A stretch of 64,000 nt of DNA from Octopus sinensis. Its lineage: Eukaryota. The notes under the pieces are model-generated. The model was given only the letters and a program-made list of their open reading frames with translations, had not been told where the DNA came from and did not search any database. Shown here one piece after another: positions 1-12,285 of the stretch. The stretch is taken from NCBI RefSeq assembly GCF_006345805.1, contig NC_043017.1, positions 33,418,001-33,482,000 on the forward strand, written 5' to 3'. The stretch's first letter is position 1, and the number at the start of each line of letters is the position of its first letter. Both the position numbers and the translations under genes were made by a program.

Positions 1-320
1 AAAGTCTTCTCCAACACCAAATCTCGAATGCATTAATTTTCTTCTGGTCAGTTTTCTTTAGTGTCCAGGTCTTGCATCCATATGTTGCTATTGGGAAGAC
101 AATTGCATTCACCAATCTGCATTTGGTAGTGAGTCTGATGTCTCTACTCTTCCAGACCCTGCTCATGCTGACCATTGTTCCTCTCTGCCTAGTACTATCC
201 GCCGTCTTATTTCTGGAGGACATAATAATGGTGGATATTTAGCCACTACAAGAATCGAGTGAGGAAATTTGTTACAGAGTCAAGAGAACCAACCATTACT
301 CTACTTTGGCAGCATCATCT
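1..320 (-). mobile_element. RTE (BovB-like) LINE reverse-transcriptase fragment, decayed
   Basis: Minus-strand translation gives MVSMSRVWKSRDIRLTTKCRLVNAIVFPIATYGCKTWTLKKTDQKKINAFEIWCWRRL, a typical RTE RT thumb region; it runs off the window edge. Confidence 0.8.
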
Positions 321-1059
321 GTATTTTAGCTGAATGTATGTTAGTCAGGAATAATTAAGGTAAAGTTATCTTGTTGATATCTTTATATGACGACCAGAAG
401 CAACACAGAAATTGAATAACATTAAAATTTAAAAAAACATCAAAAATAAAAATGAAACACTGAAATTAACTTATACAAAAAGAAAATGAGATTTCAAATT
501 TCCTTACATTTTACTAATTTACTGGGTTTCATCTTGTTTCTTTCTTACAAATTCCTCTTGTTTTAGTATTTTTGGACATTTCCTTTTTATATCTGGTGTG
601 TGGGATGGTGGGTATTCAGCAGAAAAGAAAGACAGATGCTAAAACAACAACAACAACAAAAATTAATGAAGAAACACACAAATGAACCAATCAAAAGAGA
701 TTGATTTTTGAAAAGTAAAAGAATTATAAAAAGAAAATGTTCAATGGAGAAAAAGCAGAATATACAGTTTGAAATATAAATAAATATGAGAAATGTTGCA
801 TAAATACCCAGTAGGGATAAATGGAAGTGTGAGTGTTTAGATGTGGTAGGAAATTGAGCTAATGAATATGCCTGAACAAATTAATTAAAAATACTTAATC
901 ATCTTAGTGTGTGCATCCTTTTCCTCAGATTCACACCGGTGGTTAGAGGCATATATTATGCCTGACTAGAAACATAATTATTAAAACTTGGTTTTAAAGT
1001 CTATATTTATAAGATTATTTATATATGTGGTGGGGTGCGTAAGTATGTGTTCATACATA

Positions 1060-1071
1060 GATGCATATATA

Positions 1072-1129
<58 letters not shown>

Positions 1130-1136
1130 TAGATAA

Positions 1137-1167
<31 letters not shown>

Positions 1168-1180
1168 TAGAAATATATAC

Positions 1181-1238
<58 letters not shown>

Positions 1239-1257
1239 GTAGATATTTCTATATCTA

Positions 1258-1294
<37 letters not shown>

Positions 1295-1300
1295 TTGCAT
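1060..1300. repeat. Compound (TA)n/(GA)n/(GATA)n microsatellite
   Basis: Directly visible; explains the YIYI ORFs at 981-1373. Confidence 0.95.
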
Positions 1301-2408
1301 GCACATAACTGCATAATTGGTTTATATTAATCTGAAGCCCTTTAGCAGAGGAGAAGAAATTTAGTTGTCTCAATCGTCTATTATAAACTTCTTACAAGAC
1401 ACATATATGTACGCATTTACAAATATACACACAGAAATACATATATACATATAATACATGCAACACAAAACACAAATACACACACACACATACATACATA
1501 AACTTAAATGTTTTAAAGTACACCCATATTTACTGAGAGAAATGAATTCATTGACACATTTAATGACAACTATTTATATGGACAATCTACTGCAGAAGTT
1601 CTTCTCATAGAGAAATTTACCGTATTATGACCAAACTTTGTATTCTTAAAATTGTTATTTCTATTTCATCTACCTTGAAGGCTTCCAGTCCTAATTTATT
1701 TCCGCATTTTTATTTATTATTGATATTGATTTATCGAAAACTTAATTTCTTTTCAGATGTGAGCATAATAGTGATGTAGTTAGTGGTTGGATAAGATTAG
1801 AAATTTTATTTAACTTTAAGCAAATATGTAATTTTCAATTTTCAGAATGTTATTTTATTATATCTCATTTTGCCAGGTGCTCTTTGGTGCTGTATTACAT
1901 GGTTGGCAAACATGACTACGGCCCAGATTTAGATGATTCAATTATCTTGCTAATACCCCTGAGAAAGGCATAACATTCAAAATTCCTGTTACCCATCCCC
2001 TGTAAATCTAAATAGAAGAAATCATTATATATCTGTGTTGCTTAGCTTCAGTCTGCTACACTTCCTATTTTCCTATTTTCATTCTTTGCTAAATACATGT
2101 CTGCCATTGATTTTCCCTTCGTATTTTGTTCTAAAATTTAACCAGATTATTAATCTCTCAAGAGCAATAATGGAAACATAATAATTACAGTTCCTAGCTT
2201 AGGCATGGAACACACAGATTTTAGGATGAGAGGTTGTTGTTGCTTGTACTACACTAGGATTCTATTATTATTTTATTGACCGGGGAAGTGTAAAAGCAAA
2301 CGAAAAACTTGATCAGATTCCACCAAAGAAGATAAAACTGAGGAACCAAATACCAAAATACATTCGGTTTATCATTCAACTGATTCAAAGCAGCCCATGT
2401 GAGAAATA

Positions 2409-2880
2409 TATTTCTTTACTACCCAGAAAGGGGCTAAACACAAAGGGGACAAACAAGGACAGACAAAGGGATTAAGTCGATTACATCGATTCCAGTGTGT
2501 AAATGGTACTTAATTTATCGACCCCAAAAGGATGAAAGGCAAAGTCGATCCCGGCGAAATTTGAACTCGGAACGTAATGACACAAAATATGGCTACGCAT
2601 TTCGCCCGGCGTGCTAACGTTTCTGCCAGCTCGCCAGCCTATGTGAGAAATATATTGCTTTACTACCCAAAAGGAGCTAAACACATAGGGGACAAACAAG
2701 GACAGACAAATGGATTAAGTCCATTACATCGACCACAGTGCGTAAATGCTACTTAATTTATCGACCCCGAAAGGATGAAAGGCAAAGTCGACCTCGGTGG
2801 AATTTGAACTCTAAACATAACAACAGACGAAATACCGCTAAGCATTTCGCCTGGCATGCTAACGTTTCTGCCAGCTTGCC
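2409..2880 (-). mobile_element. Two tandem SINE-B copies (2409-2635, 2653-2880)
   Basis: tRNA-like head (GGCGAGCTGGCAGAAACGTTAGC ... GAGTTCAAATT) plus core GTCGACTTTGCCTTTCATCCTTTCGGGGTCGAT (Deu/Nin-like domain). Flanked and separated by the 17-bp repeat AGCYYATGTGAGAAATA. Confidence 0.9.
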
Positions 2881-2914
2881 AGCTCATGTGAGAAATAGTT
2901 ATTATTGTAGTTGT

Positions 2915-3200
2915 TAAGGTGGTGAGCTGGTAGGATCATTGGATGACTGAGAAGTTGCATGAACAGATAAGCAGAATAACTGACCAAATTCTGTCAGGAT
3001 CGACTTTGCCTTTCATCCTTTCGGGGTTGATTAAATAAGTACCAGTTACGCACTGGGGTTGATGTAATCGACTTAATCCCTTTGTCTGTCCTTTCGGGGG
3101 TAATAACATGAGTACCAGTTGAACACTGGGGTTTATTTCTTCGACTTAACCCCACCCCAACCCAACCCCAAACCTGCTGGTCTTATGCCAAAATTTGAAA
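2915..3200 (+). mobile_element. Degenerate/composite SINE-B
   Basis: Core CGACTTTGCCTTTCATCCTTTCGGGG...AGTACCAGTT...CACTGGGG is present, with the second half duplicated. Confidence 0.75.
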
Positions 3201-3279
3201 CTAGTATTTTTGTTGTAGTTCCTGTATTATACCCTGATGGGTTGGGGCCAAGCGATGGGCCTTATTCACAATCAGCAAT

Positions 3280-3640
3280 CTCCATAGTATGGAAGCTATT
3301 CTAAATGGTGCAAACTTCTGGACTGCATAAATGTTGATACTGTCTGTGATACAGTTGATGAGCTTTCGAATTCTCTTCTTCATGAGTCTTTGTGCACTAA
3401 TGACCATTGGCATTATTTTGGTCTTTGTATTCCTTAGCCTGTTCATTTCAATCTCAGGGCTTTGTACATCATCAGCTTCTCCATGATTTTCATAGACATA
3501 CTCCTTTTGATAAGTATACACCTCTTGTCCTTCTTGTCCATGATGATGATGTCAGACTCGTCGTCTTCTAAGTCCCAATCAGTATCGATGAGCAGATCCA
3601 AGGTTGATGGTGACATCACTTTGGTCGGTTATTCAGCTTG
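3280..3640 (-). mobile_element. R4/Dong-like (restriction-like endonuclease) non-LTR retrotransposon C-terminal fragment
   Basis: Frameshifted translation DIIIMDKKDKRCILI ... TKTKIMPMVISAQRLMKKRIRKLINCITDSINIYAVQKFAPFRIASILWRLL matches the PD-(D/E)xK endonuclease tail of R4-clade ORFs. Confidence 0.7.
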
Positions 3641-3699
3641 TCTGTTCGCATAAATTCTTAGATATCTTGCTTTTATAACTCTCTCATTTACTCATTTAC

Positions 3700-4070
3700 T
3701 TGTTTCAGTCATTTGATTGTGGCCATGCTGGAGTACCGCCTTTAGTTGAGCAAATCGACCCCAGGATTTATTCTTTGTAAGCCTAGTACTCTTTTGCCAA
3801 ACCGCTAAGTGACGGGGACGTAAACACACCAGCATCGGTTATCAAGCAATGTTAGGGGCACAAATACAACACACAAACATACACACATATATATACATAT
3901 ATACGATGGGCTTCTTTCAGTTTCCGTCTACCAATTCCACTCACAAGGCTTTGGAGGGCCCCAGGCTATAGTAGAAGACACTTGCCCAAGGTGCCACACA
4001 GTGGGACTGAACCCGGAACCATGCGGTTCGTAAGCAAGCTACTTCCCACACAACCCCTCCTACGCCTATA
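3700..4070 (-). mobile_element. SINE-A, full length
   Basis: tRNA-like head with A/B boxes (consensus TGGCTGTGTGG / GGTTCAGTCCC), GCACCTTGGGCAAGTGTCTTCT, a central (TA/TG) tract and tail CCAGCATGGCC..CAGTCAAATGACTGAAACAAGTAAA. Confidence 0.9.
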
Positions 4071-4214
4071 TACTCCTGTATATTTTTTTCATAGGTATGC
4101 CATTCTCATGTCTTCATTGCAAATCTATTTTGAGCATTTCCTGTACATTACTTTCTACCCCAACATCATCATCATCATCATCATCATCATCGTCGTCGTC
4201 ATCATTAGTTAGTG

Positions 4215-4620
4215 TCTGCTTTCCATGCTAGCATGGGTTGGACAGTTTGACTGAAACTGTTAAACTGAATGGCTACACCCGGTTCTAATCTGATTTGGCA
4301 TCGTTTTCTCCAGTTGGATGTCCTTCCTAACACCAACCACTCCAAGAGTGTAATGAATGCTTTTCACATGCTACAGGCACGGATGCCAGTTGTGTGACAC
4401 CGGCATCAACCACGACTACGATTTCACTTGACTTGACAAATTTTCTCAAACACGGTGTATTGCCAAAGGTCTAGGTCCCTTATCCATTGCCTCCATGAGG
4501 CCCAATGTTCAAAGGGTGCCTTTTACGTGCCACTGGCATGTTATGTGGAACAATTATGTGCCAGTTATGTGGCACAGGCATCGGCCATGATGACTACAAT
4601 CTCACTTGGTTCCATTAGGC
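4215..4620 (-). mobile_element. 5'-truncated RTE LINE 3' end (family D 3'UTR)
   Basis: Contains the revcomp of GGAGTGGTTGG..TTAGGAAGGGCATCCAGCTG..CCATGCTAGCATGGAAAGC and a (GAT)n tail, like the 3'UTR attached to the RTE ORF at 23390-24628. Confidence 0.75.
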
Positions 4621-4924
4621 AAATCAAACTGGCCTTGGAGTTTTGCATTCTACTTCACTTATTTGGCATAAATGCTTGTTGTGCCCATTTCTGTTGGTGA
4701 GATTTCTGGGATATGATACCAGCCCCTTTTATAATGGAGCATAACTAAAGTTTTACAGTCTGGGGGCGTGGATCTTCTGTTTTTATCAGGCCTGCATCAA
4801 AACTACTTGGGGTAAATGTGAAGGTCAGTTGAATTTGAAATAGGCCTCATCTCCCTAAAACTCTTGGTAGATTCATCCTATCAGCATTCACCTTCCATTA
4901 GTGAATCTTCTTTATAGGCAGCTT

Positions 4925-5220
4925 CTATATGCAAATATATGGGAAACTACCACCTGTGTCATCTCTTGTGAAAAGTAGGAGAGTCCAGTTTGCTGGACAT
5001 TGTTGTAGAGCTGAAAACGAGGTAATTTCTACTCTTCTCTTCCGGAAGCCATCTGCTCACAATACAAGAGGGCGCACACTCTCCTACCCTGATGTAATCT
5101 CCAGGGATACAGGCATCCAGCAACAGGATCCCCGTAATGCTATGATGGACCATAAAGTCTGGCATAACATGGTAAATTCCATTGTCTCGACCACGGTCGA
5201 ACAATGATGATGATGGTGAT
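4925..5220 (+). mobile_element. RTE/RTE-X LINE C-terminal fragment with (ATG)n tail
   Basis: ORF 4929-5207 IYGKLPPVSSLVKSRRVQFAGHCCRAENEVISTLL..RGRTLSYPDVISRDTG ends directly in ATGATGATG. Confidence 0.8.
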
Positions 5221-5362
5221 CTTGGTTAGGTATTCACTTCCTTGATGTCATTTAATTTCCAGTTGCTGTAGGTCACCATATAAATAGCTCAGCTTTTAAT
5301 AGCTTTAAATCTGTTAGTTGAATACAGTACACATTTGTAGTTTCATACACATTCTCCTGCAA

Positions 5363-5407
<45 letters not shown>

Positions 5408-5484
5408 TCTCACTCTCTCTTTCTCTCTATCTTCTCTTTCATTGCTGAATGTTGCACACCATCACCATTGACTGCTAGGTTTTT

Positions 5485-5810
5485 GTCTCCTTTAAGGCAC
5501 GTAAAAAGCACCATCCGATCGTGGCCGTTACCAGCCTCGCCTGGCCCCAGTGCCGGTGGCACGTAAAAAGCACCATCCGTCCGTGGTCGTTTGCCAGCAC
5601 CGTCTGGCACCTGTGCGGGTGGCACGTAAAAAGCACCCACTACACTCACGGAGTGGTTGGCGTTAGGAAGGGCATCCAGCTGTAGAAACACTGCCAGATC
5701 AGACTGGTGCCTGATGCAGCCTTCTGGCTTCACAGACCCCAGTTTAACCGTCCAACCCATGCTAGCATGGAAAGCAGACGCTAAATGATGATGATGATGA
5801 TGGTGATGAA
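5485..5810 (+). mobile_element. RTE 3'UTR fragment (family D)
   Basis: Tandem GTGCCGGTGGCACGTAAAAAGCAC units, GGAGTGGTTGGCGTTAGGAAGGGCATCCAGCTGTAGAAAC and a (GAT)n tail. Confidence 0.85.
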
Positions 5811-6089
5811 GGCAGCAGTCTTGGTTTGTTTTCCTCCCTTACAGTTGGCTTTGGCACACAATGATTCTGGACTCTATTCTGATATTGTTGCTGAAAACCT
5901 TGATGACAGTTAGACCTTTCTGCCTGCAGTTGTATTAGGGCAAGCATCTTGGGCTCATCGATATATAACAGGCAGTTAAGTTTTCAGTCCTGTGAGTTGC
6001 ATCCTTACCTACTGTTGTTCAGTAAAATACAATAACAGGAAGGCTTTGGACCGTTGTGACGTTTGTAAGGTATATGTTCAAGTGTTTTT

Positions 6090-6405
6090 TTTTTGTTTTA
6101 TGCACCCTTTTCAAGCCTAACCAGGCTCATGGGCCCAGTTTCCCGGTTTCTGTGGTGCATGCGTTCCCCCTAGCTGGACAGGACGCCAGTCCATTGCAGC
6201 GTTACTCAAGAAACAGGAAGAGCGAGTGAGAGAAAGTCGGGGCGAAAGAGTACAACAGGGGTCGCCACCACCCTCTGTTGGAGCTTTGTGGAGCTTTAAG
6301 GTGTTTTCACTCAATAAATACACACAACGCCCGGTCTGGAAATCGAAACCACAATCCTCTGACCGCGACTCCGCTGCCCTAGCCACTGGGCCATTGCGCC
6401 TCCAC
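6090..6405 (-). mobile_element. SINE-C, tail variant 1
   Basis: tRNA-like head GTGGAGGCGCAATGGCCCAGTGG.TAGGGCAGCGGA.TCGCGGTC; flanked by the direct repeat ATATGTTCA (6072, 6406). Confidence 0.85.
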
Positions 6406-6781
6406 ATATGTTCAGGTACAGGTTATTAATTAAATTTCTTGTTGACAATTATTAAAATTAAGCTTTCTCTGATAAAACTAACTATATCAAGATTTTTATT
6501 GTTTAGTCCAGAAGAAAGGGTAGTGTCCGTCATTGTTTACAGGGTCTTCAACATGTGAGAGGAAGATAAGAAGGTATCCGCTGAGTGGAAATCTGTCTCA
6601 AAACCTTGCAACACAGTGGAATCTGCTACAGGCACCTGAGGACAATGGTTGGTTTTGAATTGAGCAATGGATTCAATCTTCTATCCAAATAACCCTGGTT
6701 GGAATTTGAAATAGGAATGATAAAAACTACAATAGATAGGGCAATGAGTTTTCTTCATTTGGCCAATGCTTCTGCTATATA

Positions 6782-6785
6782 CGTG

Positions 6786-6816
<31 letters not shown>

Positions 6817-6864
6817 GTGTGTGTGCGTGTGTGTGTGTGTGTGAGAGTGTGTGTGTGTGCGTGT

Positions 6865-6901
<37 letters not shown>
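6782..6901. repeat. (GT)n microsatellite
   Basis: Directly visible. Confidence 0.95.
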
Positions 6902-6902
<1 letters not shown>

Positions 6903-7489
6903 CCGCAAAGAAATTTTTTAACTCACGTCTATAGTAGCAAGAACCTTTAATCAGAATTAAATATCAAATAACTCCATTCTGAATTGTATTTTATTTGGTT
7001 GAACGAACATTTATTTTATTGCAATCTGTAAAATTGTTGTTAATTTTATCATCTAATTTTTTTTTTTCATTGCAAAATCAATTTTAAGAAAATAAACTTA
7101 TATTTCATTCTTAGTAATTAACAGAATAGAGTAGAAGTGGTGCAAGTAATACTGTCTACCAATGGTTAGAATCATGGATTATTTACAGACAAAACTGACA
7201 TCAGATACTACAATGATATACTGAGCCTGAAGATGTAGATGCTTTATCTAAAGATAGCTCAAGTTTCATATCTATAAAGTGTTCACATTGGATATTATGA
7301 TATAGTTTTGCTGGTTTTATTCCCTGAAATGGAGCTATATCCATGCTTTTATATGTAAAAATAATATCTTTATGAGAAGGATAAGTTATCCCTCTTCTCT
7401 GTTGAATACATACATGGACACGGATTCATACGAATATTCATACTCACCATAAATATTTATATTTATGTTTCCCATCCACTTGCATACTC

Positions 7490-7706
7490 TTTTACTCTTT
7501 TACTTGTTTCAGTCATTTGACTGCGGCCATGCTGGAGCACCGCCTTTAATCGAGCAACTCAACCCCGGGACTTATTCTTTTTGTAAGCCCAGTACTTATC
7601 CTATCGGTCTCTTTTGCTGAACCATTAAGTAACGGGGACGTAAACACACCAGCATCGGTTGTCAAGCAATGCTATAGGGACAAACACAGACACACAAACA
7701 CACACA

Positions 7707-7746
<40 letters not shown>

Positions 7747-8503
7747 CGACGGGCTTCTTATCAGTTTCCATCTACCAAATCCACTCACAAGGCTTTGGTC
7801 GGCCTGAGGCTATAGTAGAAGACACTTACACAAAGTGCCACACAGTGGGGCTGAACCTGGAACCATGTGGTTCGTAAGCAAGCTACTTACCACACAGCCA
7901 CTCCTATATATATATATTTGTGTGTGTGTCTCTGTGTCTGTGTCTGTGTTTGTCCTGCCATCACCATTAGACAACCAGTGTTGCTGTGTTTATGTCCCTT
8001 AACTTAGCAGTTCAGCAAAAGAGACCAATAGAATAAGTACTAAGCTTTTAAGAAATTAAGTCCTAGCATCAATTTGGTCAACTAAAACCTTTCAAGACAG
8101 TGCTCCAGCATGGCCACAGTCAAACTTCTAAAACAAGTCAAAGAGTAAACGAATAGAAGACTATAATTAATTAATGATGAATGAGATGTTTCTTTATTAA
8201 TTAATGGACACGAGCTGATTGGAATAAAATAATTTTACTTTTGCTTCGTTTAAGAAGAAACACATTCATGCTTACAGGTTTCTTTTTTATATTTTTTACT
8301 TGTTTCAGTCATTAAGCCATGGCCATACTGGGGCACCTCCTTGAAGAATTTTAGTTGGACATTATCGATCCCAGTACTTATTACTTTCTTTGTAAAGCCT
8401 GGTACTTACTTTATTAAATTCTTTTGACGAACTGCTAAGTTACGGGTATGTAAACACACCAACGCTGGTTGCCAAGCAGAGGTGGGGCACAAACACACAC
8501 ACT

Positions 8504-8534
<31 letters not shown>

Positions 8535-9720
8535 ACACATATACATACAAATATACTCTTTTACTTGTTTCAGTCATTTGACTGCGGCCATTCTGAAGCA
8601 CCACCTTTAATCGAGCAAATCGACCCCAGGAGTTATTCTTTGTAAGCCTAGTACTTATTCTGTTGGTCTCTTTTGCCGAACCGCTAAGTTATGGGGATGT
8701 AAACACACCACCATCGGTTGTCAAGCGATGTTGGGGGGACAAACACAGACACACAGACATACACACATACACACATATATATACATATACATATATACGA
8801 TAGGCTTCTTTCTGTTTCTGTCTACCAAATCCACTCACAAGGCTTTGGTCGGCCAGAGGCTATAGTAGAAGACACTTGCCCAAGGTGCCACGCAGTGGGA
8901 CTGAACCCGGAACCATGTGGTTGGTAAGCAAGCTACTTATCACACAGCCACTCCTGCACCTATAGGAGAGTCTTCTGTCAGTTTTCATCTACCAAATCCA
9001 CTCACAAGGCTTTGATCAACCTGAGGCTGTAGTAGAAGACCCGTTCCCATGGTGTCATGCATTAAGACTGAACCCAGAACCATGTAGTTGCAAATTGTCT
9101 GTCTACCAAATTCCAATCGAGTGATATTGGTTGACTGAAAGCTGTGGTAAAATTTACTTGTTCAGGTGCAACACCATTGAATGAAACCCAGATCAAAATG
9201 GCTTCAAAGCAAATTTCTTAACCTCATAATCATATTTGCCCTGTATTTTATTTTATCTTTTACTTATTTCAATCATTAGATTGTGGCTATGCTTGGGCAA
9301 TGCCTTTGAGAATCTTTAAGTCAAATGAATCAACCCCAGTACTAATTTTAGCGAATATTTTGCTGAACTGCTAAGTTACAGGTATATAAATACACCGACA
9401 CCAGTTGCCACTTGTTGGTGGAGGACAAAGACACCCACATCTACATACACACACTCTCTCTCACACACACACACACTCTCTCTCTCACACACACACACTC
9501 TCTCTCTCACACACACACACTCTCTCTCTCTCTCTCATTCTCACACACACACACACTCGTATGACAGGCATTTTTCAATTTCAATCTACCAAATCCACTC
9601 ACAAGTATTTAGTTGGCCTGAGGCTATAATAGATGGCACTTGCCCACAGTGCCATGCAGTAGGACTGAACCCAGAACCACATGGTTGGGAAGCAAACTTC
9701 TTACCCCACAACCACCTGTG
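7490..9720. mobile_element. Cluster of SINE-A copies (about 7490-7905 -, 7905-8150 +, 8290-8500 -, 8555-8962 -, 8975-9090 -, 9255-9720 -)
   Basis: Repeated diagnostic segments (CCAAATCCACTCACAAGGCTTTGG, GGGACTGAACCC, CCAGCATGGCC). Confidence 0.85.
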
Positions 9721-10394
9721 TCTATTGATGCATTAAATCTAAAAATACCAGATTTTAAATGAATAGTTTCTCAGCAAAAATCCCACATGTCAAATCATCA
9801 ACATTATTTTATTGCATTTAAAATATTTCTCTCTGTGCCAGATGCTGTCTTGAACCTACTCTGCCCCCAATTTTTATATGTTTTCTGAAATTCTGATAAA
9901 AAAACAAAAAACAAAACAAGAAAACACTCATATTTCAACTTCTGACTTTCAGATTTGAGAAGAAGACAGATCACTTCCTTAGAAGGGAAATTGGTCAATG
10001 TTTCTTAGTCAATAAATGTTCAATCACCACCTCGTTCTATAGCTAACAGAACAGTTATAATTCAGAGCACACGTGACCTCAAAATTGTGATTCCTGACCA
10101 TATACTGTCAGTAATTTGGATTTTAGCCAAAAACACTTTCACAGCATGACTATGTCTGTTTATATACACATTTTATATTAGAAATGACAAATCACTTTCT
10201 TAAGTCTATACAAAACGAGACTTAATTCAACAGAATGTCAGGTACCAAAATATGGAAACCATAAGCTATTAGCAAGTAGAATTGGAAGAGCAGCAGACAA
10301 AATACTCTATGGTATTTAGTTATGTCTCCCAAATTCTGAGTTCAAATTCCAATGTGGTTGTCTTTACCTTTCATTAATCCATTATCGTCATCAT

Positions 10395-10570
10395 CATTTA
10401 GCATCCATTTTCCATGCTGGCATGGGTAAGAGGATTTCACTGGGACTGGTAAACTGGAGAACTGCATATATATATGTATGTAGGTGGCTCCAGTCATGTT
10501 TTAGCCTGCTTTCTATGGTTGGATGCCCTTCCTAATGCCAACCACTCCACAGAGTGTACTAGGTGCCTAT
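10395..10570 (-). mobile_element. RTE 3'UTR fragment (family D), degenerate
   Basis: GGATGCCCTTCCTAATGCCAACCACTCC and TTTCCATGCTGGCATGGG. Confidence 0.7.
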
Positions 10571-11112
10571 TACGTGATCATTGCTAAAATCATCTGTATC
10601 CTTATTTCAAAATGTGTTGATTTCTATGCAAGGTAGAGAAGAGTATTGGGTAAATTCTTTAGTAATCTTGCCACATTAGGCAGAAGAACAATTTATCGAT
10701 GTGTTAGCATTACACGGAAGGCATACCAGGCCAACCAGTCAGTCTTAGAACTATGCTTTGTATGGAGAGAGAGAAAGACTCACAAAAATGGTAAGATGAA
10801 GTAAAATAGAGTGGTTTGATAATATCTGTAAAATAACACCAATTTTGCAAATGCAAATATGGGGAAATAGAAGATAAAAGAAGAGGGCAACCAAGTGGAA
10901 ACTAACTGAATGATACGGAGATGTGAACTGGGATGGAAAGCATGAGAGAGAAGGGGATGGTGAGATTTTGGTAAGAACATTTCAGGTTCCCTGACAGCAA
11001 AAATGCTACAAGAATGAATTGATATGTATATTAGTCCGTTACATTAGTGAAGAGAGGAAGTAGATACATACACACATAAATATGTATACATACATACATA
11101 CATATATGTGTG

Positions 11113-11146
<34 letters not shown>

Positions 11147-11217
11147 GACATACATACATTTATATATGTACACACATACACATATATACACATACATACA
11201 TATATATACATATGTGT

Positions 11218-11255
<38 letters not shown>

Positions 11256-11274
11256 GGAAATCGATCAATGGAAA

Positions 11275-11693
11275 TTGCAGATGTGTTACCAGTGCCGGTG
11301 GCATGTAATAGAACTTTCCGTTTCGCGACCGTTGCCAGCACCGCCCCGTTTCGTGTCCATTGCCAGCCTCGCCTGGCCCTCGTGCCGGTGGCACATAAAA
11401 AGCACCATCCGTTCGTGGCCGTTTGCCAGCTCTGTCTGGCACCAGTGAGGGTGGCACGTAAAAAGCACCCACTACACTCATGGAGTGGTTGGCGTTAGGA
11501 AGGGCATCCAGCCATAGAAACACTGCCAGATTTGACTGGGCCTGATGAAGCCTTCTGGCTTCACAGACCCCAGTAGAACCGTCCAACCATGCTAGCATGG
11601 AAAACGGATGCTAAATGATGATGATGATGATGGTGATGAAGGCAACAGTCTTGGTTTGTTTTCCTCCCTGATGATGATGATGATGATGATGAT
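11275..11693 (+). mobile_element. RTE 3'UTR copy carrying extra 3' sequence and a second (GAT)n tail
   Basis: Family D body followed by GGTGATGAAGGCAACAGTCTTGGTTTGTTTTCCTCCCT, which matches the flank of the 5485-5810 copy. Confidence 0.85.
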
Positions 11694-11715
11694 ATATATA
11701 TACATACATATAGAT

Positions 11716-11747
<32 letters not shown>

Positions 11748-11767
11748 ATATACAAGAGATATATTAT

Positions 11768-11821
<54 letters not shown>

Positions 11822-11908
11822 CATATACATCTACCTACATACATTTATAAATATATAGATATAGATTTATAAATATACATATATACACATACATATATAC
11901 ATAAATAC

Positions 11909-11961
<53 letters not shown>

Positions 11962-12234
11962 CTAGCAGAAATACCCGGTGTTGCCCGGATTAAAGGAATA
12001 ACAAAATTTGGAAAATATCATCTAGATTATGCAGGTCCCAAGTGCTAGTAGCTGAGATACAATTTTCTACATAACACTGCAACGTAACTCTGGAACACAC
12101 ACGTTAATTGAAATGTGACAAGAAAGCTTTCAACTCATATACGGATATAAAGTAAATACATGTTTGTATAAATTATTTCGTACCCAAAAAACAGGTACAG
12201 ATTATAAACAATGAAAGGCTGTACGTAGAGTACA

Positions 12235-12285
<51 letters not shown>

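Noticed and set aside
1757-1975. Possible host exon(s) after pyrimidine tracts, with a ~70-codon open frame (..CSLVLYYMVGKHDYGPDLDD..)
   Set aside because: No recognisable protein family and no consistent donor; could be chance in AT-rich DNA.
5845-6070. Splice-like AG/GT signals suggesting small exons (also near 6550-6640, 9840, 31525 and 48670-48790)
   Set aside because: The frames do not join into a coherent or recognisable protein; this needs RNA-seq.
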